Of a DNA stretch of 32,000 nucleotides, positions 1-9,512 are shown one piece after another. A program made the translations under genes and the position numbers. The stretch is from assembly GCF_014857065.1 (NCBI RefSeq), contig NZ_CP046533.1:210001-242000 (forward strand), read 5' to 3'. The notes under the pieces are model-generated. The model worked only from the letters and a program-made list of their open reading frames with translations, had not been told where the DNA came from and searched no databases. Origin of the DNA: Candidatus Saccharimonadota bacterium (GTDB lineage: Bacteria; Pseudomonadota; Gammaproteobacteria; Enterobacterales; Enterobacteriaceae). Numbering within the stretch: position 1 is the stretch's first letter; every line of letters starts with the position of its first letter.

Positions 1-190
1 TTAATGAACGCCTATTTGAAGAAATAAGATTCCAATTATCTTGTCAATTTAATACAAACACTAATGATGATAAATATAATAAACAAGATATCTGGCAAAC
101 AATCATAATAATAAATAATTATACTAGAGTCTTCAAGAGTATCATTATAACTGTAAATATAATTAAATTTTAAAATTAAGAAGGTTAACA

Positions 191-535
191 ATGTCTTTAC
201 AACCGATAGAAATTCAGCTCTGTGGACGCACATTAAAAGTTAATTGTCCTATTCATCAAAAAGTTGCTTTATCTAAAGCCGTTGATAATATCAACAATCG
301 TCTGAATACCCTTAAAGAACGCAGCAAAGTAACTAATACTGAACATTTAGCATTTATCACAGCATTAAACATATGCTATGAACTAGAAGAAGAAAAAAAT
401 AAAACAAAAGCTTATGCTAATAACATGGAAAAACATATTCGTTTGCTTCAAAAAACAATAGAACAATTGTTAATTGAACACCATTCCATAACTGAACAAA
501 CCAACACATTTGATTTAAATAACAATATAGTATAA
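191..535 (+). CDS. zapA: cell division protein ZapA
   Basis: 114-aa ORF with an ATG start and GAAGG about 8 nt upstream. [20 protein letters not shown] and [17 protein letters not shown] align full-length with E. coli ZapA as recalled ([37 protein letters not shown]). Confidence 0.93.
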   Translation: MSLQPIEIQLCGRTLKVNCPIHQKVALSKAVDNINNRLNTLKERSKVTNTEHLAFITALNICYELEEEKNKTKAYANNMEKHIRLLQKTIEQLLIEHHSITEQTNTFDLNNNIV

Positions 536-710
536 ATCTCTTGCATAGTTCAATTATTAACCATTTAATCATTTTAATTCTATAGACTAAATAATTTTAA
601 TAATTATTTTAAATTATATTAATTTTAATTTATTTGAATATATATAAAATATTCAACCAAACTAAATACCTGATTTTAAATTCTTCTACGATAAAAACGA
701 AAAAAGAATC
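536..710 (+). ncRNA. ssrS: tentative 6S RNA (ssrS) candidate in the conserved zapA-ssrS-ygfA slot; structure not verified
   Basis: In E. coli and many gamma-proteobacteria ssrS lies between zapA and ygfA. This spacer is about 190-200 nt; E. coli 6S is 184 nt. The 5' end AAATCTCTTGCATAGTTC resembles E. coli ATTTCTCTGAGATGTTCG, and the 3' AAGAATC resembles GAGATTC. The hairpin TTGAATAT-n7-ATATTCAA (633-655) followed by CCAA resembles the E. coli CCTTGAACC..GGTTCAAGG element. I could not fold a convincing closing stem by eye, and the ends are approximate. Confidence 0.25.
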
Positions 711-737
711 AATTCAAATAAAATGGAAATTTATTTT

Positions 738-1331
738 ATGAATAAACAGCTAATACGTAAAATTCTAAGGAAAAAATTTCGTAATTTAAGAAAAAAACAA
801 ACATTGCAACAACAATGCATGGCGGAGCAAAAAATAATAAAATATATTATAAATGACCCTTATATTAAGAAAATAAAAAAAATTGCATTATTTATTTCTT
901 TCGATGGTGAGATACAAACAAGATTGCTAATTAAAAAGTTGCTACAAAAGAATAAAGAAATATATTTACCAATAATTCAATACTCAAAAATATCTAAATA
1001 TTTAATTTTTTCTAAATATACATACTCTACACCATTATTAATTAATAAATTTCATATACAAGAACCAGAATGGGATATCAATACACTAATTCCAGTAGAA
1101 GAAATCGATATTTTATTTATACCATTAGTAGCATTTGATAAATGTGGCAATAGGTTAGGTACAGGGGGCGGTTTTTATGATAGAATACTAGCACATTGGT
1201 TTCATAAACAAAAATTTCTTCCTATAGGCTTAGCTTATGATTGTCAATTAAGCAAAAAAAACATACCCATAGAACCATGGGATGTTTCCTTGCCAGAGAT
1301 TATTACACCATCACGTCATTGGATATGGTAA
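738..1331 (+). CDS. ygfA: 5-formyltetrahydrofolate cyclo-ligase
   Basis: The ORF runs 723-1331. The second ATG (738, MNKQLIRK) fits homologue length better. FISFDGEIQT, PLVAFDKCGNRLGTGGGFYDR and EPWDVSLPEIITPS match E. coli YgfA ([45 protein letters not shown]). The start is uncertain by 15 nt. Confidence 0.9.
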   Translation: MNKQLIRKILRKKFRNLRKKQTLQQQCMAEQKIIKYIINDPYIKKIKKIALFISFDGEIQTRLLIKKLLQKNKEIYLPIIQYSKISKYLIFSKYTYSTPLLINKFHIQEPEWDINTLIPVEEIDILFIPLVAFDKCGNRLGTGGGFYDRILAHWFHKQKFLPIGLAYDCQLSKKNIPIEPWDVSLPEIITPSRHWIW

Positions 1332-1480
1332 GCTTAGTCTCTAACTTATTAAGCGCATAAATAAAATTTTTAAATGAATTAAATCAACTTTTCACTTATA
1401 ACAAAATATTTAAAAATTATAGTAATAAAACTATCATCAAATTAAATCGCATTTTAAAATAATAAACACAATATAAGATT

Positions 1481-2140
1481 TCATTCAATTATTTGTACTC
1501 CTTGTTCACTACCAACTAATACAACATCTGCGCCACGACGTGCAAACATTCCCACCGTTACTACTCCAGGAATATTATTAATTTTCTCTTCCAATGAAAC
1601 AGCATCAAAAATTTTTAAATTATAAACATCTAATATATTATTACCATTATCTGTTACTGTACCACAACGATATTTAGGTTGACCACCCAAACATCTTAAC
1701 TCACGAGATACCAAAGAACGACCCATCGGAATAACTTCTACTGGTAATGGAAATTTCTTACCTAAAATATCCACTTGCTTTCTTATATCTATAATACAAA
1801 CAAATTTACGCGCTACAGCGGCAATTATTTTTTCTCTAGTTAAAGCCCCACCACCACCTTTAATCATCTGCATATGTCTATTAATCTCGTCAGCACTATC
1901 TACATAAACATCCAATGAATCTATGTCATTTAAATCAAATAAAGGAATTCCTAATTGCTTTAATTTAATTGACGAAAAATCAGAACTAGAAATTGCTCCT
2001 TTAATAAAATTTTTAACAGTAGCCAAAGCCTCAATGAAATATGCAACAGTGGAGCCACTCCCCACGCCTACTATACCTCCATCTTGAACATAATTCAATG
2101 CAGCCCAACCAACTAATCTTTTAAACTCATTTATTATCAT
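1481..2140 (-). CDS. rpiA: ribose-5-phosphate isomerase A
   Basis: 219 aa with an ATG start and a full-length match to E. coli RpiA: [32 protein letters not shown] and [10 protein letters not shown]. Confidence 0.96.
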   Translation of the reverse strand: MIINEFKRLVGWAALNYVQDGGIVGVGSGSTVAYFIEALATVKNFIKGAISSSDFSSIKLKQLGIPLFDLNDIDSLDVYVDSADEINRHMQMIKGGGGALTREKIIAAVARKFVCIIDIRKQVDILGKKFPLPVEVIPMGRSLVSRELRCLGGQPKYRCGTVTDNGNNILDVYNLKIFDAVSLEEKINNIPGVVTVGMFARRGADVVLVGSEQGVQIIE

Positions 2141-2511
2141 AAATAATATTCCTGCATAATTAATTATTAAATTTTAAATTAATGTATTAACTCAGACATA
2201 AACATATAGATAGAACAACATACATAGAACAATTTCACTTAATAAATCAATATTAAGTATTTATAATCCAAATACAGAATATAGGTCCATTATTTAAAAT
2301 ATCTAAAATAAAAGTTTATTAAAATCAACATATTAAAATGTTAAACAACTATCCGATGTTTAATAAAATTTAAAATTTTAATGTTCCAAATATTCAAATG
2401 ACAAAAACAACATCAAACATGTTCTACATCTATTAAAATTTGTATATTAAAATAATAAGTTTTATCAAAAAAGACGAAAATTAAAATAAAATAGATAACA
2501 ATAACTATCAA

Positions 2512-3588
2512 CTATAAAATATTAACAGCATTCAAACTTTGAAAAATTAATTCTAAACGGTTTATCACTGACAATTGTGAGGCACGCATCCAAATACGTG
2601 GATCATAAAATTTTTTATTCGGCAAATTAACACCTTTGGGATTGCCTAATTGACTATGTAAAAAAAATTTGTTTTTCTTATAATACTTTAAAACACCTTC
2701 CCAAGCAGCCCATTGTAGATCAGTATCAACATTCATTTTTACAACACCATAATTAATCGCTTGATGAATTTCTTCTAGTGTAGATCCAGAACCACCGTGA
2801 AAAACTAAATTTAAATGATTTTTAGGTACATTAAATTGAGTAGAAATATATTTTTGTGAAAAATCGAGAATTTCCGGTTTTAATTTTACATTACCAGATT
2901 TATATACACCATGTACATTGCCAAAAGATGCTGCAATAATAAACCTAGGACTAACTACATGTAACTTATCATATGCATAAGCAACATCTTCTGGACTAGT
3001 ATACAACTTATTCTGATCTATATGGATATTATCTACTCCATCCTCTTCCCCTCCAGTGCAACCTAATTCTATTTCTAAAGTAAGATTTAATTTGGTCATA
3101 CGAATAAAATAATCTACACTAATTCTCAAATTCTCTTCTAAAGACTCTCCAGATAAATCAAGCATATGGGAAGAAAACAAAGTTTTACCAGTCATAAATA
3201 AGTGTTTTTCATTTGCATCTAACAAACCATTTATCCAAGATAATTTATTCTTAGTACAGTGATCCGTATGTAAAATGACAGGAACTTCATAATAACTAGA
3301 TACATAATGAACATGTAAGGCGCCAGTGACAGCACCAAGTACAGCAGCAGTTTGATTTTTTAAATTTAAACCCTCACCAGCCATAAAGGCAGATCCACCA
3401 TTCGAAAATTGTATAATAATAGGAGATCTAACTTTAGCTGCAGTCTCTAATGCAGCATTAATAGAATCCATGCTTATACAATTAATTGCAGGTATAGCAA
3501 AAGAATTTTCTTTAGCAAAAGCAAAAATCTTTTGAACATCATCACCTGTAACAACACCAGGACCTACAAAATCAAAAACCCTAGACAT
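2512..3588 (-). CDS. fbaA: class II fructose-bisphosphate aldolase
   Basis: 358 aa with an ATG start. Class II FBA motifs are present: VILHTDHC, LEIELGCTGGEEDG and FHGGSGS. It is adjacent to pgk, as in E. coli. Confidence 0.96.
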   Translation of the reverse strand: MSRVFDFVGPGVVTGDDVQKIFAFAKENSFAIPAINCISMDSINAALETAAKVRSPIIIQFSNGGSAFMAGEGLNLKNQTAAVLGAVTGALHVHYVSSYYEVPVILHTDHCTKNKLSWINGLLDANEKHLFMTGKTLFSSHMLDLSGESLEENLRISVDYFIRMTKLNLTLEIELGCTGGEEDGVDNIHIDQNKLYTSPEDVAYAYDKLHVVSPRFIIAASFGNVHGVYKSGNVKLKPEILDFSQKYISTQFNVPKNHLNLVFHGGSGSTLEEIHQAINYGVVKMNVDTDLQWAAWEGVLKYYKKNKFFLHSQLGNPKGVNLPNKKFYDPRIWMRASQLSVINRLELIFQSLNAVNIL

Positions 3589-3674
3589 AAAATAACCAAA
3601 AGAATATTATCAATTTTTATAATATCTACAATATAGAAATTAAACATAACAAAATAAAAATAAGAACAAAATAA

Positions 3675-4853
3675 CTAATTGTAAATTTTACCGTAATCTT
3701 CAAGTATAGATATTGACGGTAATCTTTTCCCTTCAATAAATTCTAAAAATGCACCACCCCCAGTAGAAACACACGAAATTTGATCTGCAATTCCAAACAA
3801 ATTAATGGCCATTAAAGTGTCCCCACCTCCAGCTATAGAAAAGGCATCGCTCTGGGCAATAGCTCGAGCAATACTTTCTGTACCTCTACGAAAATTAGGA
3901 AACTCAAATACTCCAACTGGACCATTCCAAAGAATAGTTTTAGCACTTTTAATAATCTCCATAATTCGTTTTATAGAAACATCACCTAAATCCAAAATTT
4001 GTTCATTATCCTTAACATCATTAATAGATTTCAAAACCCCGCAAGCTGTCTCAGAGAATTCCGTAGATACACGCACATCCACTGGCATAGGTACATCACA
4101 ATTTTCTAATAATTGTCTAGCTGTTGATAATAGTTCCTCTTCGTATAAAGATTTTCCAACATTATTACCTTGAGCTGCAATAAAAGTATTAGCGATACCA
4201 CCTCCTATCACCAAATAATCAGCAACTTGCGATAATGAATCTAAAACAGTTAGTTTAGTAGATACTTTAGATCCACCTACTATGGCAACCATCGGACGAA
4301 GAGGATCCTTTAATGCTGCACTTAATGTTTCCAATTCACTTATCAATAAGCGTCCTCCACAAGATATCGGAGCAAATTTAGCTAATGCATGAGTAGAAGC
4401 CTGCGTACGATGAGCTACACCAAAAGCATCCATAACAAATACATCACATAATTCAGCATATTTTTTCGCTAGCAATTCATCATCTTTTCTTTCACCCTTA
4501 TTAAATCTTACATTTTCTAAAATTACCAATTCCTCAGGTGCAATCATCAATCCATTAAGGTAATCATTAACAAAACGTATATTTTTTGCTTTACCAGCTA
4601 ATTTAATTTTTAAATATTCAGCTACTGGTCCTAAAGAATATTTACTATCATACTCACCTTCTGTTGGACGCCCAAGATGTGAAGCAACCATTACACATGC
4701 TCTCTGCTTCAATGCAGATAAAATAGTAGGTAACGATGCACGTATTCGTATGTCTGATACAATAACTCCCTCTTTTATTGGGACATTTAAATCAGAACGA
4801 ATTAAAACACGCTTGCCCATTAAATCTAAATCACTCATCTTGATAATATCCAT
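3675..4853 (-). CDS. pgk: phosphoglycerate kinase
   Basis: The homology-supported start is [25 protein letters not shown] (E. coli [25 protein letters not shown]). The ORF-track start at 4871 adds 6 unsupported codons. Conserved [20 protein letters not shown] and [13 protein letters not shown] are present. Confidence 0.96.
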   Translation of the reverse strand: MDIIKMSDLDLMGKRVLIRSDLNVPIKEGVIVSDIRIRASLPTILSALKQRACVMVASHLGRPTEGEYDSKYSLGPVAEYLKIKLAGKAKNIRFVNDYLNGLMIAPEELVILENVRFNKGERKDDELLAKKYAELCDVFVMDAFGVAHRTQASTHALAKFAPISCGGRLLISELETLSAALKDPLRPMVAIVGGSKVSTKLTVLDSLSQVADYLVIGGGIANTFIAAQGNNVGKSLYEEELLSTARQLLENCDVPMPVDVRVSTEFSETACGVLKSINDVKDNEQILDLGDVSIKRIMEIIKSAKTILWNGPVGVFEFPNFRRGTESIARAIAQSDAFSIAGGGDTLMAINLFGIADQISCVSTGGGAFLEFIEGKRLPSISILEDYGKIYN

Positions 4854-5409
4854 GGTTAATACCCAATACATATGTATGAAATGCCTAAAAACATTTAAAT
4901 GAATAACAATTTACATTTTTCATTAAATTTTAAAATACCGTTCTTGCGCACAAAAACCTATACACTCAATTACTTACAGAACGAATATCACTGAAATTTA
5001 AATTTATATACTTTATAAACAAAATGTAAAGACCTCGGCAAATATTTTACCAAATCAACTAATTAAGATACAGATTAATGTCAAAAATTCTTTATTTATT
5101 AAGCATATCAAGAATTGCGTTACATATACATCATCTGTCAATCCTTATCTACACTCACATGTACAAATTGCAACATTAAATTAAACTATACCAATCAACA
5201 TCAAAAGAAGACAGAAAAAATAATATAACACGACTTTTACATATTCAACCATCTTGTACAAAACTCATAACAAATCCTTCAATAATAAACAATGCAATAC
5301 TTAACATTATAACAAATCATAAAATGACACATGAAAATTACTAAAATACAAACATGAAACAAGACTCTGGTATTTTATTTTACTAAAAATAAAAAAATAA
5401 TAAAGATGA

Positions 5410-6342
5410 TCAAAAATTACGAAACATTTTAGACCTTGATGCTTGAATATATAACATTTCTAAAGCAATTGTAGCAGCTGTTAAGGCAGTAATTTGAGCA
5501 TAATCATACGCTGGAGAAACTTCTACTAAATCCATTCCAACGATATTTAAATAACGTAATCCACGTAATAATTCAAGAACCGAATAAGAAGTTAAACCAC
5601 CAATCACGGGAGTGCCAGTACCCGGTGCTACAGATGGATCCAAACAATCAATATCAAAAGTTAAATATACTGGTCTACTACCAAGCAATGCACCTACATA
5701 ATTTACAATATAATCAATACCATGTTCATAAATTTGTTTCATATCTAATACAATAAATTTATTACTGTAATTACTCGTAGTACGAATACCAATTTGTATT
5801 GAATGATCGGGATCAATTAGATTTTCATGTAATGCATGGAAAAAAATAGTGCCATGATCATATTTATTTCCGCAAATATAAGCATCAGTATGAGCGTCAA
5901 AATGTAATAAAGACACTGTACCAAAAAATTGTGCATGAGCTCGTAACAATGGTAAAGTTATATAATGATCTCCACCAAATGAAAGCATGCGCTTTCCAGA
6001 AAACAATAACTGTTGTGCATGAATTTGTAACTTATCAGTTAAATCTTCAATATTACCGATTTCAAACACTAAATCTCCACAATCCACTATTTTTAATAAC
6101 TGACGAATATCAAAATTCCATGGCCAACGACAACTTTCCCAAGCAAGATTACTAGATATCTGTCTAATAGCCGATGGTGCAAGTTTACTACCTGATCTAC
6201 CAGAAGTAGTTATATCACACGGCACGCCTGTGATAACCCAGTCACAATCAAGCTTATAAGGGTTAAAATCTAACGGCAACCTTAAAAAACTAAACGTATT
6301 TGATATTAAAGATTCATCGTATTTATAACTTAAAATTTTCAT
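5410..6342 (-). CDS. speB: agmatinase (agmatine ureohydrolase)
   Basis: The homology-supported start is [23 protein letters not shown] (E. coli [23 protein letters not shown]); the ORF-track start at 6393 adds 17 codons. Ureohydrolase metal motifs are intact: [16 protein letters not shown] and [10 protein letters not shown]. Confidence 0.94.
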   Translation of the reverse strand: MKILSYKYDESLISNTFSFLRLPLDFNPYKLDCDWVITGVPCDITTSGRSGSKLAPSAIRQISSNLAWESCRWPWNFDIRQLLKIVDCGDLVFEIGNIEDLTDKLQIHAQQLLFSGKRMLSFGGDHYITLPLLRAHAQFFGTVSLLHFDAHTDAYICGNKYDHGTIFFHALHENLIDPDHSIQIGIRTTSNYSNKFIVLDMKQIYEHGIDYIVNYVGALLGSRPVYLTFDIDCLDPSVAPGTGTPVIGGLTSYSVLELLRGLRYLNIVGMDLVEVSPAYDYAQITALTAATIALEMLYIQASRSKMFRNF

Positions 6343-6827
6343 CTTATATCTAAACAAATAAAAATTACGACTTGACAAAATTATTATATACAAACTTATA
6401 TTCCACTAATAATCTCAATACCAATAGATGGCATTATGCAACAGTACTAGATATTAATTCAATAAATTTGACATTTTAAATATTAATAAAGAAATTACGT
6501 TCACTATATGTAGAACTTACAGAACCATTATACCATAATAATATCTTGATATATTCAACCCAACTTAAACTTATAGTTTTACTCTAAGTAAGAAAACACA
6601 TTATATTTTAAAATTTTCAATTGTTCAAAGTGTTTCAACGAAATTAACTCATTAAAACTCCGCCTATTTTGTCAAGATCATTTACATATAACAAAATATA
6701 CATCAAAATACTAAAAGATGAATTACTTATTTTAAAACAGCTATCATGGAAAATAAAAACTATAGATATTCACAAAGGTTACTATTACTCTACATAAAAT
6801 TATTCAAACTTCTAAATTAAAAATATT

Positions 6828-7982
6828 ATGATTAAACATTTATTCACATCCGAATCTGTTTCAGAGGGACATCCTGATAAAATTGCAGATCAAATCTCCG
6901 ATTCCATATTGGATGCTATTATAACAAAAGATATTAAAGCACGAGTGGCATGTGAAACTTATATAAAAAATAATTTAGTTGTAATAGGTGGAGAAATTAA
7001 TACTAATGCTAATATAAATATTGAAGACGTCGTAAGAAATACTATTCGTGATATTGGTTATACATATCCCGATATAGAATTTAATGCTGATTCTTGTAGT
7101 ATTGTTAATACAATTAGCAAGCAATCATCAGATATTAGTAAAATAGTAAACTGCGAGAATCTATTAAAACAAAAAGCAGGTGATCAGGGATCAATGTTTG
7201 GATATGCTACTAACGAAACTAACGTACTAATGCCTGCGCCAATTACCTATGCACACCGTTTAATGATTCGTACATCAAAAATACGTAAAAACGGTATCTT
7301 ACCTTGGTTACGTCCAGACGGTAAAAGTCAAATTACCTTCATGTATGAAAACTACAAAATCGTTGGAATAAAAACAGTTGTCCTATCCATTCAACATTCA
7401 CAAGATGTTTTATTGTCCACTGTAAGAGAAGCAGCCATGGAGGAAATTATAAAACCTACTTTACCAAAAAAATGGTTATCCTCTCAAACTAAATTTTTTA
7501 TTAATCCAGCTGGGCCTTTTACCGTAGGCGGACCTACAGGAGATTGTGGACTAACCGGGAGAAAAATTATTGTTGATACATATGGAGGAATGGCCAGACA
7601 TGGAGGTGGATCTTTTTCAGGAAAAGATCCATCCAAAGTTGATCGTTCAGCATCTTATGGGGCAAGATATATCGCAAAAAATATAGTGGCTGCAAATTTA
7701 GCAGATCAATGTGAAATTCAAATATCCTATGCTATTGGGATGATACAACCAATTTCAATAAACATTGAAACTTTTGGTACAGAAAAAATACCAATAAAAA
7801 ATTTAATAATATTAATAAATAGGTTTTTTGATTTACGACCATATGGATTGATTTCTATGTTAAAGCTACTGCAACCAATATATCGAACAACAGCTACATA
7901 TGGGCATTTTGGTCGAGATTCTTTTCCTTGGGAAAAAATAGATAAAGTAACATTATTGAGAAATGCTGCTAATCCAAAATAA
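6828..7982 (+). CDS. metK: S-adenosylmethionine synthetase
   Basis: 384 aa with an ATG start. [33 protein letters not shown] and [16 protein letters not shown] are canonical MetK motifs. Confidence 0.97.
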   Translation: MIKHLFTSESVSEGHPDKIADQISDSILDAIITKDIKARVACETYIKNNLVVIGGEINTNANINIEDVVRNTIRDIGYTYPDIEFNADSCSIVNTISKQSSDISKIVNCENLLKQKAGDQGSMFGYATNETNVLMPAPITYAHRLMIRTSKIRKNGILPWLRPDGKSQITFMYENYKIVGIKTVVLSIQHSQDVLLSTVREAAMEEIIKPTLPKKWLSSQTKFFINPAGPFTVGGPTGDCGLTGRKIIVDTYGGMARHGGGSFSGKDPSKVDRSASYGARYIAKNIVAANLADQCEIQISYAIGMIQPISINIETFGTEKIPIKNLIILINRFFDLRPYGLISMLKLLQPIYRTTATYGHFGRDSFPWEKIDKVTLLRNAANPK

Positions 7983-8558
7983 AATTTCAAATTTATAATG
8001 TAATTAAATTTAACATAAGCTTGAAAATAACTAAATTCAATTATAGCAAACTTTATGAATGCTAAAATAAATTGATAGTTCGTAAAAATTAATACATAAA
8101 TTTTCAAGATTTTACGATTATTATTCAATTAGTAAATATGCTATCCTTAGGCTAACTTATTAAACTTTGTATGATTTATATATGTAATTTATTGTAATAA
8201 AATAACAGTTGACGTGATAAGTAACGTATTATAGACTCCCTGTGCTACATGTAAAATGTAATAAAATAAAAATAATTCAGTAAATTTAAATTTTAACATT
8301 AAAGATAAGTATTCATTAATATCAAAACTTTAATATCTGTTACAATTTTATCAAGATTAATATAGGAGGTTGCAGATGTATCAGTTCACTTAAATGTTAC
8401 GATTTAAAATAAAATCAAGTAGATGTTTTGTTCTACAAAATTTCAGTAATTGCTATATGTATCTTAATATTAGGATTTATTTTCACAAATCCATTTGTGT
8501 TCGTGTTGTGCATTCTATTATTTAATTTTTAAAACCTACCATTAATGAAGTAGCTAAA

Positions 8559-9122
8559 ATGAATTTACAAAATCACTTTCTTGTAGCCATGCCATCACTG
8601 CAAGATCCATTATTTAAACAATCAGTAGTGTATATTTGCGAACATAATAAATATGGAGCTATGGGCATAGTAATCAATAAACCAGTCGAAAAATTTACTA
8701 TTGAAAATATATTAAACAATTTAAAAATTACTTCTACAAACCGTGATCCATCTATTACGTTAGACAAACCAGTTTTTTTTGGCGGTCCATTAGCAGATGA
8801 TAGAGGTTTTATATTACATACCCCTTGCAAAGGATTCGGATCCAGTGTTGAAATTTCACCTCAAATGATGATTACAACATCAAAAGACGTACTAGAAACC
8901 TTAGGTACTACTGCACAACCAAAAAACATACTAATAGCACTTGGGTATTCCGGTTGGATAAAAGGACAACTAGAACAAGAACTTATAGAAAATACTTGGT
9001 TAACAGTTCCTGCTACTAAAGAAGTTCTATTTAATACTCCTGTTGCCGCTCGATGGCATGAAGCGGCAAAAATATTAGGAATTGATATGCGTAATATAAT
9101 AAACAAAGCAGGACATGCTTGA
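8559..9122 (+). CDS. yqgE: UPF0301 family protein YqgE
   Basis: 187 aa. [30 protein letters not shown] and [15 protein letters not shown] match E. coli YqgE ([30 protein letters not shown]). The stop overlaps the ATG of the ruvX remnant (TGATG). Confidence 0.93.
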   Translation: MNLQNHFLVAMPSLQDPLFKQSVVYICEHNKYGAMGIVINKPVEKFTIENILNNLKITSTNRDPSITLDKPVFFGGPLADDRGFILHTPCKGFGSSVEISPQMMITTSKDVLETLGTTAQPKNILIALGYSGWIKGQLEQELIENTWLTVPATKEVLFNTPVAARWHEAAKILGIDMRNIINKAGHA

Positions 9123-9469
9123 TGTGTCTATTAAATTACATGTCATTTGATTTTAACATCAAAAATATTGGAGTTACTAATGGACAATATGTTACTGTCA
9201 CTTGTACTAGAAAACTATTAACTTCTTTAAAAAAAAATAATATGCCTAATTATAGCAAATATTGTTAATATCCTTAATGAATAACAATCTGTCATTTTGC
9301 ATAGTAAAATAAATAAAATGGAACAGAGCAATCATTGATTAGTACAGCGCGTAAGTTCACTATTTATTTATACGAACTTTTTAATCTAAAAACAATGATG
9401 CACGATAAATAATTTACAAATACTACACCTCATGATTTTCTATACGAAAGCAATATAATCGTGCATTAA
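9122..9469 (+). pseudogene. ruvX: ruvX/yqgF (putative pre-16S rRNA nuclease / Holliday-junction-resolvase-like) pseudogene with multiple in-frame stops
   Basis: A single frame from ATG 9122 reads [22 protein letters not shown], then NGTEQSLISTARKFT, then MMHDK. This matches recalled E. coli YqgF LLAFDFGTKSIGVAVGQ, DGTEQPLTARARKFA and KLHDER at the same codon spacing. Premature in-frame stops lie at 9266, 9275, 9278, 9302, 9305, 9314 and 9410, and the last recognisable codon run ends at the stop at 9467. The total is 116 codons against about 139 in E. coli. Confidence 0.85.
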
Positions 9470-9477
9470 AAAACAGG

Positions 9478-9512
9478 TCCAATACGACGACGCGACGCGT
9501 CGTCGTATTGGA
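9478..9512. terminator. perfect 35-bp GC-rich palindrome (17-bp arms, 1-nt centre); candidate terminator
   Basis: TCCAATACGACGACGCG-A-CGCGTCGTCGTATTGGA, checked base by base with no mismatch. It lies 9 nt after the last stop of the ruvX remnant. The T6 run (rc: CCTGTTTTTTAA) lies on the minus-strand side, as expected for a terminator of a lost convergent gene. Confidence 0.4.

Noticed and set aside
1-27. Frame-1 reading LMNAYLKK* could be the 3' end of a + strand gene cut by the window edge.
   Set aside because: Eight codons are far too few to identify or even to claim coding. It is left unannotated.
36-233. 65-aa minus-strand ORF upstream of and overlapping the zapA start.
   Set aside because: It is a low-complexity Ile/Tyr/Phe-rich translation of AT-rich spacer that overlaps the zapA start region, with no homology signal.
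590-660. Repetitive-looking TAAT/TTTAA runs were checked as a possible tandem repeat or CRISPR-like array here and in other spacers.
   Set aside because: This is only AT-rich low complexity. There are no regularly spaced direct repeats of 20 nt or more anywhere in the window, and no cas genes.
3805-4173. 122-aa + strand ORF inside pgk. The same applies to 5931-6155 in speB, 10999-11421 in clpX, 8573-8830 and 8861-9106 in yqgE, 13724-13909 in cyoA, 18949-19197 in yajR, 22029-22214, 22287-22511 and 23460-23744 in dxs, 27377-27571 in yajC, and 31264-31473 in rnhA.
   Set aside because: All lie antisense to strongly conserved genes. Their translations are low-complexity with no recognisable motifs. 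They are ordinary shadow ORFs.
4854-4871. N-terminal extensions suggested by the longest-ORF track: pgk to 4871, speB to 6393, cyoD from 17201, ribH to 25479, pgpA to 24505 (TTG), nusB to 25001 (TTG), and ygfA from 723.
   Set aside because: Alignment with recalled E. coli N-termini supports the internal ATGs. The extensions add unconserved residues, overlap the upstream gene (cyoD), or contain the SD (ribH). The ygfA and pgpA starts remain uncertain.
6394-6827. Searched for a speA C-terminal remnant and for MetJ boxes (AGACGTCT) in the speB-metK spacer.
   Set aside because: No frame gave a recognisable SpeA segment and no MetJ-box-like repeats are present. The only AGACGTC lies inside the metK coding sequence, at 7024-7030.
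7727-8128. 133-aa minus-strand ORF spanning the metK 3' end and the downstream spacer.
   Set aside because: Two thirds of it is antisense to metK, and the remainder is AT-rich low-complexity sequence (IFTNYQFILAFIKFAII..). It has no SD and no recognisable family.
8413-8532. Open frame [39 protein letters not shown], a possible small hydrophobic peptide just upstream of yqgE.
   Set aside because: It has no ATG or GTG start (only an internal TTG) and no SD. Any T-rich stretch translates to hydrophobic residues. It is more likely decayed coding sequence.
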